A stretch of 64,000 nt of DNA from NCBI RefSeq assembly GCF_020745735.1, contig NC_083420.1, positions 29,326,001 through 29,390,000 of the forward strand. The letters run 5' to 3'. Under the pieces are notes generated by a model. That model saw only the letters and a list, made by a program, of their open reading frames with translations. It did no database searches and was not told where the DNA came from. Source of the stretch: Hemiscyllium ocellatum. Taxonomy: Eukaryota. Within the stretch, counting starts at the first letter, position 1; each line of letters opens with the position of its first letter. Shown here piece after piece: positions 1 through 11,410 of the stretch. The position numbers and the translations under genes are program-made.

Positions 1-386
1 CTTGTATCTCCTCTTTGGATACATACCTGTATGATATGTTTCACATATTGGAGATGAAAGGCATTACCTTCAATTATCCAACTTGGAGACAACGAACCCA
101 GACATGGGAATACACAAATGAGTTGTATTTCAGGGAAATGCTTTTAGCAGAGCAGCGAGAAGGGTTTGTGAACTGAAACGCAAAAAGGCTCTACTACTGG
201 TTGATCAAAAATGATCGATTCACCCCTTCTCATTTGGCTATGACAACATTAACTCAGTTCCTGTCTTCACAGTTGCTGCCTAATCTGATAAACATTCTCA
301 GTAGTTATTAATTCTAGTTCAGTCATATTATCTGTGCTCTAAATTTTGAATGATATCCACATTTAGTTTGATACTGTGATACTTAC

Positions 387-524
387 ATTAACAATGATGT
401 CAGCAATGGTGGCATTTGACATTTTGCTGTCTCCAAAGGCTTTAATGTTGAAAGCAGAAATTTTAATTGAGCTGACTATATTCAGTGCACAGGCCAGGAT
501 TAATAATGTGATTAACTGCTGCAT
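387..524 (-). CDS. DNASE1: Deoxyribonuclease I, first coding exon (signal peptide plus mature N-terminus); gene continues off the left end of the window
   Basis: Translates to MQQLITLLILACALNIVSS-IKISAFNIKAFGDSKMSNATIADIIVN, matching the DNase I N-terminus (human LKIAAFNIQTFGETKMSNAT) including the NAT sequon. On the minus strand there is a GTAAGT donor at 386-381 and a polypyrimidine/CTGCAG acceptor just above 534. Proximity to NAA60 matches human 16p13.3 linkage. Confidence 0.88.
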
Positions 525-1349
525 GGTTGGAAAACTGCAGAGGAGAGATTTGTATGTCAGACTCAACTTACATGTAATAGAAAACTCCAAACAGCAACTG
601 ACAAGTAAAAAGCAACTTTAATATAGTAAAAGCATCCAAGTTGCTACATAGACTGTTCTCGGCATAATATTTGATGTTGAATCATATAGCGACTGCCTCC
701 AATGCAACTACATCCCTCAAGTAAGGGGACAAAACTTCACACAATACTCCAAGTGAGGTCTCATTAATGTCTTGTACAATTGCATCAACACTTCCCTACT
801 TTTATACTGTATACTTTCAATTGAGGTAGATTTTTAAGAGAGATTAGAGAGAAGTGAAAAGTTTATTGAGGAAATCTCAGAACATAGGGCATCAGCAGCT
901 CAAGATAAAGGCACCAGTAATGCAGCAATAAAATTGTTTTATGTATGTTACTATGTGAAATAGCGATGCTCTTTCACACTACAAAACATAGATGCTGCCA
1001 TCTCAATTACCAGGCACTTTCTTTTTCAGTCAACAGAACAATCTTTTTTAATCTTGTTTAACTGTTATCTATTTTCATTTTCCACTCATCTTTGATGTCC
1101 CCAGTATTGTGTTTGAATAGTAATTAGTTGACCATGACACAGTCTCAGTATTCTGCCTGAAATATGCCACTTTATAATAAAAACCACATGGATTAACATC
1201 TTAAAATGGAAATGCCAGGTGTGCGTTTTGGAAATCTATAAGCTGGCCACAATGCATAAAACAAAAAGAAGTAAATATAATTATTTCTCAACTTGTTCTT
1301 GTGTCCATTGCTATGCCAATGTAGTTATAAAGTATTCAAAATAACTCGT

Positions 1350-1430
1350 ATTACCTGACTGCAGCTCCTGGTCCTTGTGTTCACAGAATTGCTTGCAATG
1401 CTACAATTATGCTAAACCTTTATTATGACC
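1350..1430 (-). other. Possible non-coding 5' exon / promoter of DNASE1
   Basis: CAG|GTAATA donor on the minus strand at 1355/1354, and an ATAATAAA TATA-like element near 1419-1426. An upstream exon is needed because the coding exon has an acceptor. Confidence 0.35.
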
Positions 1431-1879
1431 CTTGTCCTTCAAATATCCTGATATGCATTTGGAAACCTTATAAAATAGCAACCTTTGCTTTGGAAATTTT
1501 GAAAAATTAGACTGTAAATGAAAGCAATATCTGATAAGTGTGTAAATTCAACATCTGTGCCCAAAGCCAACCATAATGCAAACAGTAAAGGCTGCAAATG
1601 CTTACTCTGCTTTATTGGAGCAAGTCATGATTTGCAATCTACTTTGCTGGTTCCATTGGAGATGGGCATCGAGTAAGTTTTGTGCTGCCACATCGTTACT
1701 CTTCTTATAGTGGGGGAACCAAACATTGACTGTATTACCAGTGGCCTGACCACCCAATAGAAAACACAACAGTGCACAAAAGTAGCATGCATTACAGTTG
1801 GCACTCAGCTCTTAAAGGTAGACTATCCCTCTGAGAGAAACACTGTAGCACTGAACAAAGATTGACAGAAAATGATTTT

Positions 1880-4210
1880 GAAGTAAGGAAGGTCAAGAAA
1901 AATGATGCCCAATGTCAAGCAGAAGATTCCAAGACTTATCAAAAGTGCACAAGGTGTGCACAAGTGCAACTAGCAACTCAGTTAGTGTCCAGGGGAGTGA
2001 CCATATTTGAAAGGGAGACCAGAAGACCCTCAGGCAGGAGCCTCCGAGAGAGTGAGAGCATGTGGCAAGGTAGATGAATACCTGAAACAAAAGCAGAACA
2101 TGCTGGAAAAACTCATCAGGTCTGACAGCATCTGTAGAGAAAAAAAAGTTAACTTTTTGAGTCCAGTGATTCTTTATCAGAACATCTGAAGTCGGGTTCG
2201 AGTGCACCTTGTGCAATGTAAGATGTTAGTGATCTCACACACATAGTAAAATACAGTGAAATAACAGCTCAGACCTACCATAACTAATTTATCAGAGCAG
2301 AATTTATTAGCACATGGAGTCATATTTAAACTTCAAATGTGCCATTTCACCTTTATATTCTTCCAGTGTTGTCAGTCCCACATCTACTCCTAACTGCATG
2401 TATACCTCCATATGTCTCCAGCTATTTACCTAAAGCAGACATTTCAGTGAAGGTATACAACACAAGCATGGACATTCTGATCGCTGTCTTGTTGAACAAG
2501 GTTGCCACCAAATCTTAGAAATCCAGAGAAACGTTGGAGCTTGCCACAAAGTCATTTCGTGAGCCTTCTTCAGTAGTCTCTAGAATCAAGGAGTTGTGGT
2601 AAGACAGCCTGTGGCATCTAAGACACTCTACAGTAAGTGACTGGCTTATGCCCCTCTCCAACTCTCCTCACCCTCATCCTGAGAGCTGGCATAAGGTGAA
2701 GTCTTAAGCAGTATGACCAAGGCTGTTTTGCGTCCCCACAAACATCATACCTCCTCCCCCTTCTCCACCTGCTCACCCCAACAGTTCCATTCTGCTTTTA
2801 TGCTTTCTGATGCAAAGATCTGCTGCCTGGACAGTCCCAACACTGCCAAGAGGAAAGGAAAACCCTTGGCAGTGGGAGGAGGCACTATTATTTGATCTCA
2901 CGATGCCAGCCATCAGATCAGATGTTACTGCATGAACTTTATTGTGTATTCGAGACTCAGACCATGCACATAATAAGTTACCAAATATATGGAGGATTCA
3001 ACCAAACAAGGTCAAGGGTAGGGCACTGTAGATGTCAATGGGGGCAAAGCGCATGAGATCATGATGCATGATGAAATTGCACAATATGCTCGGTGTGTTG
3101 GCATGACTGACAGCCTCTACTCTGTTAAACTTTATGGTTTCATTATGGCACTAGGCTTTGCGTAGAGTTTGGGACTGCGTCTTTCCATTGTAAGGGTTAG
3201 TCAACTCCCTGATAGCATTTACAAACTGAGCACTGATGCATTATCCAGTGGCTAAAAATCACTGCTTCCACAGTGTCTGGATCATGCCTTTGAGGCTCTG
3301 CATCATCATGCAATTCTTGCTTCGTGTCAAGCTGAGCTTGCTGCCTTACAGACACAGACTGCTGTCACCATTAATGAGGATCAATTCCCTAACAGGCATG
3401 CAAGCTTGTGTTTCAGCCCAGCAATCTGTGCTCCAATAGATTCCTAGAATCGTTGTGATGTGGACCTGTGCACATGAAAGTGGCTCTGTAGAGGACAAAT
3501 CTGCTGTCCACTCTCAAGATGATAGCATTTGTGCTCCCATCACCTCACTCCATTGGTGCCCTCTCTGTTACCTCTTAGATAGTCAGACCAGATTGCTGCT
3601 ACCCATGCCAAGTTCGTGCAATCTAAAGCCAGGCCCAAGATCATCTGCAGTAATCTCCATTGAAAGTCACCAACGATTGTGGTAGAGCTGAACATGAGCA
3701 CTAATACAGACAAGGGCATCTACAAGCAGGCAATTAGGCAATTGCACAGGGGAAAATTGCTCATTCTAGTATGTACAATTAGATGTGTTGTTGAAGAAAG
3801 ATTTTATGTCAGTGTTTCAGCTCGTGCTTTTCAGTCTAGTATAGAGGCCAAGAATGATAAAGAGTTCTGCTGGCTATACCAGTAGGAAATGATGGGCCAT
3901 GCTTATCTGAAGAAGTCATCTCCTTGGATGTGAAGCCTCATAATGTTCTCACCGAGAGCTTATCCTGTTTCATGTGATTCAAAATGCATCTTTGGATCCT
4001 CCTTGTCTTCCTTTTGAAATGGCCTCTGGTTCCCAGGAAGTAAGGGTTGCATTCTCATTATGGTGAGATATGAGGGATGTAGCAGATCTCCACAAACCTG
4101 GACACCCTCTCTGGACTGTACAGCACTACTCCACCAAGCAATCTAAGCAGTGGAACAATTGTTTAAGGAAAATGATCACCTGCACGATGTTGCTCTGACT
4201 GATGTTGTTG
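1880..4210. mobile_element. Decayed PIF/Harbinger DNA transposon remnant
   Basis: Minus strand 4060-4200 reads QSNIVQVIIFLKQLFHCLD..LYSPERVSRFVEIC, similar to the Harbinger transposase C-terminus (TRxxIEQTIGVLKxRFRCLD..LQYSPERV). Plus-strand fragments (RRPSGRSLR at ~2020; KRKGKPLAVGGG at ~2850) weakly resemble the Myb/SANT partner ORF. Boundaries are approximate. Confidence 0.5.
2085..2185 (-). mobile_element. Penelope-like element 3'-end fragment (decayed hammerhead-like motif)
   Basis: Reverse complement reads TTCTGATAAAGAATCACTGGACTCAAAAAGTTAAC...CAGATGCTGTCAGACCTGATGAGTTTTTCCAGC; same family as 5226-5325. Confidence 0.6.
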
Positions 4211-5225
4211 CTCACATTAGATGCTAACTAGACTTGCATGGTGAATTACAGATGGTAGTCATCAGCTATGTATATTGTGACAATACTGTGGCTTTATGAG
4301 GTGTATTTTGTCCTGATATCTTAATGAAGAAACATTGAGATAGAGTTGGCAGGCTGTTTGCTCAAAGCCAGTAAAGTAAACAGCTTTTGGGGCCTTCGGC
4401 TTTTTAAAGCAAAATATATTTTATTTTTATACAACAGTTAAAATACAGACAAAATAAAATAAAAGAATTGGCATAACTGTATATATATATAAACAAATAT
4501 ATATATAACTACTACTAATTAACTGTTCCAATAACAGCAAAATCCCATAAATGCACTCTTGGCAAAGGCAAATTCAGTAAAAGAGATTGTCTCATATGCA
4601 ATTCTATTAGCAGAAGCCCAGCTTCAAGCTGTAACAGAGGAACAAGAGCTTCTGAATCCAGATTCAAGACCCCAGAAGTCACAAAAAGCTAAAATCTAAA
4701 AATCTTGGTACTCTGGGTGTTTGACCCTAACCATTCAAGTTGCTTCTATTGTTCCAACTTAAAAAAACAACCACTTGTAAAACCCTCTCAGTTCAAACAA
4801 TTTCATTGTATCACCTCAAGAACTATCTCTCCCATACTGGTTTTAAAAAATCATGGGCTCAGAAATACTAATAAATTAATCAGTAAAATCTAAAACCTAA
4901 AATAAATAATATTAATGCATATATAAATCACTTACCTTTAATCACACCTCTCTCTAAAGAAGTTACTGTTAATGTTACATATCAAAATAATATTGAGATA
5001 ATTTTTGCAAAATAGTGAAAATGCCATTCTAAGATATGTTTTTTTTCTAAATATACATAAAAATATCATGTTAGAGAGGCTTTTTCATTGTCTCACCAAA
5101 TTTTTCTTAATATTATTTTGATGTGTAACATTGACAGTAGCAGCATATTAACATTAAACTTACAATGAGTTACACAACAACCATAATATACAGATTCTAA
5201 AGTTACATTCTGATGGATTTTGCAG

Positions 5226-5325
5226 TTCTGAGAAAGGGTCACTGGACTTGAAACTTTAACACAGTTTTCAGTTTACAAATGCAGCCAGACCTGCTGAATT
5301 TCTCCAGCAATTTCTGTTTTTGTTT
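5226..5325 (+). mobile_element. Penelope-like element 3'-end fragment (decayed hammerhead-like motif)
   Basis: TTCTGAGAAAGGGTCACTGGACTTGAAACTTTAAC...GCAGCCAGACCTGCTGAATTTCTCCAGCAATTTCTGTTTTTG. Similar fragments at ~8105-8152, 29410-29505, 51875-51965, 52555-52640 and 55460-55525. Confidence 0.6.
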
Positions 5326-5342
5326 GAACCATATTTTATATA

Positions 5343-5406
5343 AATCCATGGGCAGTACAGCATTGAATCCATGGGCAGTACAGCATTGAATCCATGGGCA
5401 GTACAG
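5343..5406. repeat. 23-bp tandem repeat (AATCCATGGGCAGTACAGCATTG), about 2.8 copies
   Basis: Directly visible perfect tandem copies. Confidence 0.95.
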
Positions 5407-5424
5407 TATGTAATCCTTCATATG

Positions 5425-5940
5425 TGCTGTTGACAAAGTATTCACTATTGTATTTTCTTTTCCAGGTACATGACCAAGTTTCAAATTATATGTTTGGAGA
5501 ATTAATTTCCACTGAAATAATCATAAGTTCTTGTCTTGAAATGTTTACAAGAAAATCAAAGGTTTGTGATTTGTATAAATATGTTTTTTGCATGTTTCTG
5601 ATGATATATAGATCAAAATTATGTAAAACAGCTCAAGACTTCTAAATTGTTGAATATTTTAATTAACATGCATTAGGTTTATTTGAAAATTGACTGACAG
5701 GCCCTGGTCTCTGGCATCGACAGCCAGATCGAGTTGGCTTCTCTTAGTGCAGCACAGCTGAAACCAATGCAGTTGTCTACATAGATTTCTCATTTTCAAA
5801 GGCATCTTGGTATTCTTACATTGACTCAAATTTTCAGTCTTTCTACAATAAATCAATAAAATGTGCAATGACAGTGCTGACATTTGGGACAAATTTGAAA
5901 TTGAATCCTTTTTATATAAACAATATCATGCAAATATTCA
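5425..5940 (-). mobile_element. Decayed Ty3/Gypsy LTR-retrotransposon pol remnant (RT connection plus RNase H)
   Basis: With frameshifts the minus strand reads FVPNVSTVIAHFIDLL..QDAFE, LAVDARDQG, YTNHKPLIFL..LFQWKLILQTYNLKLGHVPGKENTIVNTLS, which are Gypsy RNase H motifs. Confidence 0.7.
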
Positions 5941-6866
5941 CATTTTTTCTAAGGCATGAGATATTTCAAAACAGCTCTTGCTTTCACTTTTCTATGTTCA
6001 ATCTTGTTGTATTGTGTGGTCCAAATAAGTCAGTCTTGCATTGATGAATCCACTCAGCTTGATTTATGGTCAGTTCCGGTTGTGGGCAGAGTTTACATTG
6101 AAGTGCATTAGCTTTCTTTCAGTTAGAAAACTCAGGATTTTTTTTTCATTTGGGAAAAAAACACATTAAAAAAACTTCTGTTTACAGAAACTTAGTTGAA
6201 TTTAAATGGATGAAATAGTTTCTTCTAGAGAAAAGAGTTTAGGAAATATTTAGGAAATAGGTTACCTCTGTATGGTTTCAGTTAGAAATTCCAGACCAGA
6301 AATGTTTGGTTAGAATGGGTTATTTGAAGGTGAGAAACCTGACATTCAGTCAGGTGAATACTTGAAGAAAAGGCTATCAAATTCTTAAGAGTGGGAACTT
6401 AAAGAAATATTTAAGTCAAACCTGCAAATATGATGCAGAAGAGAATTCTCTCTGATGTTTGTTTACCCTAATGTGATGGGGAAAGGCTTGAGAAATCTAT
6501 AAGAGCAAAGGACTTAGGAGTTCTTGTTCAGAATTCCCTTAAGGTTAACACGTGAGTAAGTTCAGTTGATGGTAAGGAAAAAATGCTTCCATTCTTCCTA
6601 CCAAAGTGCATAACCTCACACTTTTCAACATTGTTTTCCATCTGCCACTTCTATAGCTACTCTCCTAGCCTGTCCAAATCCTTCTGCAGTGTGCAAATAG
6701 ATTTGCAAGGGACTAATGAGGGACAAAAGGAAGACACCAAAAATCTGTGATTGTAATGACCAAAGTTGAATGGCCATATGAGATAGTAAAGTTGAGAGAT
6801 TGATATTGTACAGGTCACGGGAAGGATCAATGCTCTGTTGTTGTTTACAGACATGGAGAGCAGATA

Positions 6867-7062
6867 GTAAAAAATGAGGTCTGCAGATGCTGGAGATCAC
6901 AGCTGCAAATGTGTTGCTGGTCAAAGCACAGCAGGCCAGGCAGCATCTCAGGAATAGAGAATTCGACGTTTCCTGATGAAGGGCTTATGCTCGAAACGTC
7001 GAATTCTCTATTCCTGAGATGCTGCCTGGCCTGCTGTGCTTTGACCAGCAACACATTTGCAG
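6867..7062. mobile_element. Young palindromic Penelope-derived mini-element with central hammerhead core
   Basis: Perfect 71-bp inverted arms (6902-6972 / 6993-7063) with spacer CTGATGAAGGGCTTATGCTC. 15-bp direct repeat CATGGAGAGCAGATA at 6852-6866 and 7063-7077. Confidence 0.9.
6970..7003 (+). ncRNA. Minimal type I hammerhead ribozyme motif
   Basis: CUGAUGA (6973-6979), extra A, stem II GGGC-uuau-GCUC, GAAA (6993-6996), self-complementary ACGU helix III, GUC cleavage triplet ending at 7000, and a 3-bp stem I (UUC/GAA). Confidence 0.75.
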
Positions 7063-8344
7063 CATGGAGAGCAGATACACAAGACACCACTGTTTTTGCA
7101 AGATATCATTCCAATGGATGGAAAATTGCATGGAAGAGGCTTCTGGATAAATTTCCAGTTTGCACTTTTCACATACTGAAAAATAAAGCATTGAATTCAG
7201 ACATTTAAGTTCTTGTGTTTCCTTTCAAATATAAGCCTTTCTTCTGCTAAATTAGGATACACATTATTATAACAGTCCCTGGCACCCTGGAAATTTATGT
7301 ATTGCAGTAAATGTTACATTAGGTCAAAAAACATAATAACATGGAAGAATTGAGCACAAGAGTCTACAAGTCTTAAATCAATTACACACAACAGAACCTC
7401 TTACAAGGAAGCTGGATTGTACTTAACTTTCTTTGTTCCAATTACTTCCTTAAGATCCACAGTGAAATAATTAATTATTGATGACAGCTGTTGTCAAATG
7501 TTAATGCGTGACATGAATGAATAATAAAGAATTGAATTCCATATAACTTATTGTAGTGATTCAGTCATTTATTTTCCATGAGAAACATATAGTACAGAAT
7601 TTTTAGCAGATTCCATATCGCATAATGGAGTTACTTATTTTTCAATGTGTTCCTTTTTCTACTTACACCTTTAAAGATGTACTTATGCCAAACATTACTT
7701 CTTTTCTCTTGTTCATATTTATTGTTTGTGATTTCTGTATACTGACATTATTTTACAAAAGTATTAATCCCTTCCTTTACAGTTCTACTTTCGGTGACTC
7801 AAAATTATACTCTTGCATTTTTTGCACTTAAAATCTTTATCTGCTTATCTTTAAAACAATTTGTCCTGTATAATTCAAATATACCTGGGAAGACTCCTTC
7901 AGTCAAAGTTATCTGTAAAGATAAATTGTCTCCTGTGCACATTAAAAAAAATGCATTTAAGACAATTATCCCACTCATTCTTGCCATACCCACAAAGTAC
8001 AACACAGGTCTACCTTTGCAGCATATTCTTCAAACAAGCCCTCTTCACCTTTGCATTATTCTCAAGGAGAGTCAGTTTTTGAAACATTAATTGTGCTTTC
8101 ACTGCACAGGTGCTGCCAGACCTGCTAAGTTTTTCGAGCAATTTCTGTTTTTAAATCTTTGCAGTTCTTCAGTTCCTAGACTGCCACTCCATAGAATTTG
8201 TTATCCAATGTCTAGTCAACAGTGTCAAAAGCCACCAAGGTAACAGCAGAAATTATTACAGACACCAACAGCATGTACAAGGTTTTATTAATAAATCACA
8301 TAATAAACCAATTACAAAGAATATGCAAACTCACAATTCACAAG

Positions 8345-8632
8345 CCTCACAGCGCCAGAGACCCGGGTTCAATTCCCGCCTCAGGCGACTGATTGTGTGG
8401 CGTTTGCACATTCTCCCCGTGTCTGCGTGGATTTCCTCCGGGTGCTCCAGTTCCTGCCCACAGTCCAAAAATGTGCAGGTTAGGTGAATTGGCCATGCTA
8501 AATTGCCCATAGTGTTAGGTGAAGGGGTAAATGTAGGGGAATGGATCTGGGTGGGTTGCGCTTTGGCGGGTCAGTGTGGACTTGTTGGGCCGAAGGGCCT
8601 GTTTCCACACTCTAAGTAATCTAATCTAATCT
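8345..8632 (+). mobile_element. HE1-type tRNA-derived V-SINE (5'-truncated)
   Basis: B box GGGTTCAATTCCC, V-domain TTCTCCCCGTGTCTGCGTGG-TTTCCTCCGGGTGCTCC, CR1-like tail GGGCCGAAGGGCCTGTTTCC and (TAATC)n end. Confidence 0.88.
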
Positions 8633-10756
8633 AGTATTATCCGTGGCTAGCTAAGCTGATCGGTCTTGGACTAGCCAATTCTGTCATTATGTCCCTGTCT
8701 CAGGGTTTCCCGTTTGAGAGTTGGTTCCCAGAGCTCTCACTCACAATCATCCCAAGGGTCCAATCTTTATACCCTCACCTACTCAACTTGTTTCCTCTGT
8801 CTGAAACAACCCCAACTTCCTCTTGTGTGACCAACCAGCCCCTGACTGAATTGTCAATTACCCACAAGAACATTCTTAATTACATTAATCTTGCATTGCA
8901 AAGCTGGCAAAATGAAATAGATAAGCTTTGTCTTGAGATTCACGAAACTAATGCTAAGTTCACTCTCAGCAGTATAGTTTGTCAAAATAGTGAAAAGTAA
9001 CCAGAAATAAAGTAGAAAAAGTGCATCAGAAACAAAATCATCAGCAAAACAAAAATCTAACCAGGATCTAATTACTAAATGAATAAGGGAAAAACAATGA
9101 AAATTAATATTTGAAGTGTATTGAATTTTTCATGATTACATTCAGTCTTTCATTTCTAGTAGACTAAGACTAAACAGAGGCCAATTGTTGTACAGAAAAA
9201 AAAGCCTGTCGATATTTTTATTCAATGCCATTTTCTGTTCAAATAGGTAACAATTACTTACATTTTATTCATAGATATTAGTCTCCATTGCACAAAATGC
9301 AGAAAATACTGTTACTTTACCAGTGATCACTGTAAGAGTGTAAGGTTTTCTTTCTGTAGAAGTCAGGTATCTGCCCCACCACAAACAAATGATGAGATCT
9401 GTATCTATCAGGAGATTAGAAGAAAATGAAACTGGGAGTTAGGCTGGCTTAGTCTATGGGAGTTATAGTAACTATGTCAACAGGTAATATAATCAAAGCT
9501 GTGACAGGAAACAAAGTAGTGTAACACATTAATTATTTACTTTAATACTTTGCAGTTTTTTAGAATTAATTTAATTGTCAAAATTTATTTTATTTATTTC
9601 CTCCTTTAATGGATTTTGTTACAATAAATGTAGTTTTCTAATTTTTTTGTGTGGAAGCTACAACAAATTGGTGAGTAAGATAGGACATGACTTTACTGTT
9701 GTTACTTCGCATGCTATAACATTCTAAACATGGAAGTTTTGAGAGAAGATATACAGTGAAACAGTAACACATACACACACATCCTCTCAGCACCCCTCAA
9801 GGGCTTGTTAGCAAACAATAAATTGGTGCTTATCAACACTTGTGAAAGTAGATTGGAATATCCCATGGGATTGGGAATTCCAACAATGTGAAGAAAGACA
9901 CTTGGAAGGTGGAAATTGTTGTAGAAAATCATTGGTAAGCATATAAATACATTTTAAGCAAATTTTGGATAAAAATGGAATGTTTTCATAATATCATTTC
10001 ACATAGAACATAGAAGAAACTGTCTCCAGTGGTTGAAGAATGGCATTAGTTTGAACAGTTAAGAATATTTTTTTCTGTTACAATGCGATAATTGTGTTCT
10101 TGTGTGACCTTGTGCTATAGAAAATTGGGCAATTAAGTGACACTTTAAGTGTTGGGGATGGAATCGCATAATAGCCAATATACATATGCGAATATTCACA
10201 TTTTACATTCAGATTCACCTATTCATTTAATCACATTACAGGAAAATTGGCATCATATTATATATTTACAAATAGCATTAAAATTTTGTTTCAAACACAT
10301 TGGATGAAATTATTGTGCATGCAAATATCGATAGTATATGATTGGTAACTGTATGGTAATTATACATAAGTACTGGTAATAATTAGTGGTAAGAACAGCA
10401 TTTTTCATTGTCTTTTATCTTGGTGACAGGTGTAATATTACAAATTTGCTGCTTGACAGCTGTGAATGACCTTTTTGGCTTTCGTCAATGAACAGAATTA
10501 TTATCAATTGGCAATATGTGAGAATGATATCAAATATCTTGGTAAGGTATAAACCACACCTAAAAATGTTTGAACATAATACTTCACTGTACTCATAAAG
10601 AGAATGGAGGGAATCTTAGACAAACAACTCATGGAAGTTAAATAGCAATGTTAAAATTGCAGAGAGAAGTGAAATATATGTTAATACCTACAAGTTGTAC
10701 AGAGTGGAAGGGTGTGAGTTTGTCTCCAGAAGGGTGGTTTACCTGATGCAGCAATC

Positions 10757-10980
10757 TTGCTCAGGTCACTTGATTGTGGCACTCTACTGGAAGCAAGCTC
10801 ATCAACTGTAACCTAATAGTTTAACATTAGCCCAGATTCTTACGTGTCTTAGAAATAGTAATTTTATGTTAAAATTACCATTCCTAAGACACGTAAGTAT
10901 CTGGGCTAATACTAAACTATTAGGTTACAGTTGATGAGCTTACTTCCAGTACAGTACTGCACATCAAGTGATCTGAGCAA
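10757..10980. repeat. Imperfect long inverted repeat (about 110-bp arms, about 3-nt loop)
   Basis: TTGCTCAGGTCACTTGAT...CTTAGAAATAGTAATTTTA / TAAAATTACCATTCCTAAG...ATCAAGTGATCTGAGCAA; roughly 90% arm identity by eye. Confidence 0.92.
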
Positions 10981-11214
10981 AATGGAAAATGATATCTTTA
11001 TATCTTCAGGTCACATGCTTTAATGAAGTGATTATATCATTAGCACATATCTTAAATAAGGCGAATAAGATGTAAAATATCCTTCCTTCTTTTCTAACAA
11101 TAAAGCTTTATCCCAAATGGACATATATTGTTGTATCTAGGTATGTGTTCCAATTTAATCAATTCAATAAAATCTGGTGATTGTGTATCTGTCTGAAGAG
11201 GTATGTGTTGCAGT

Positions 11215-11410
11215 TGTGGGGGAGGCTGGTACAATTGCAACATTTAAGAGGCTAAATGGGTATATGAATAGGAAGGATTTGGAGGGATGTGGGCCGGGTG
11301 CTGGCAGGTGGGACTAGATTGGGTTGGGATATCTGGTCGGCATGGACTGGTTGGACCGAAGGGTCTGTTTCCATGCTGTACATATCTATGACTCTATGGC
11401 TATGACTATA
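11215..11410 (+). mobile_element. CR1 LINE 3'-terminal fragment
   Basis: GAGGCTGGTACAATTGCAACATTTAAGAGG...GGACCGAAGGGTCTGTTTCCATGCTGTAC with a (CTATGACT)-like tail; same family as 13791-15430. Confidence 0.85.

Noticed and set aside
1-130. Possible next DNASE1 exon (donor-like ACATACCTG at 21-29)
   Set aside because: Minus-strand reading does not give the expected YDIxLIQEVRD motif.
5343-5406. 23-bp direct repeats resembling a CRISPR array
   Set aside because: Head-to-tail with no spacers, in a eukaryotic context with no cas genes.
6845-7208. Recurrent ORFs such as AANVLLVKAQQARQHLRNREFDVSS / MCCWSKHSRPGS (also at 27574-27882 and 47547-48147)
   Set aside because: Translations of the palindromic repeat on both strands, not a protein family.
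8345-8400. tRNA-like A/B boxes (also at 24143 and 63000)
   Set aside because: These are SINE heads followed by the V-domain and LINE tail; no complete cloverleaf.
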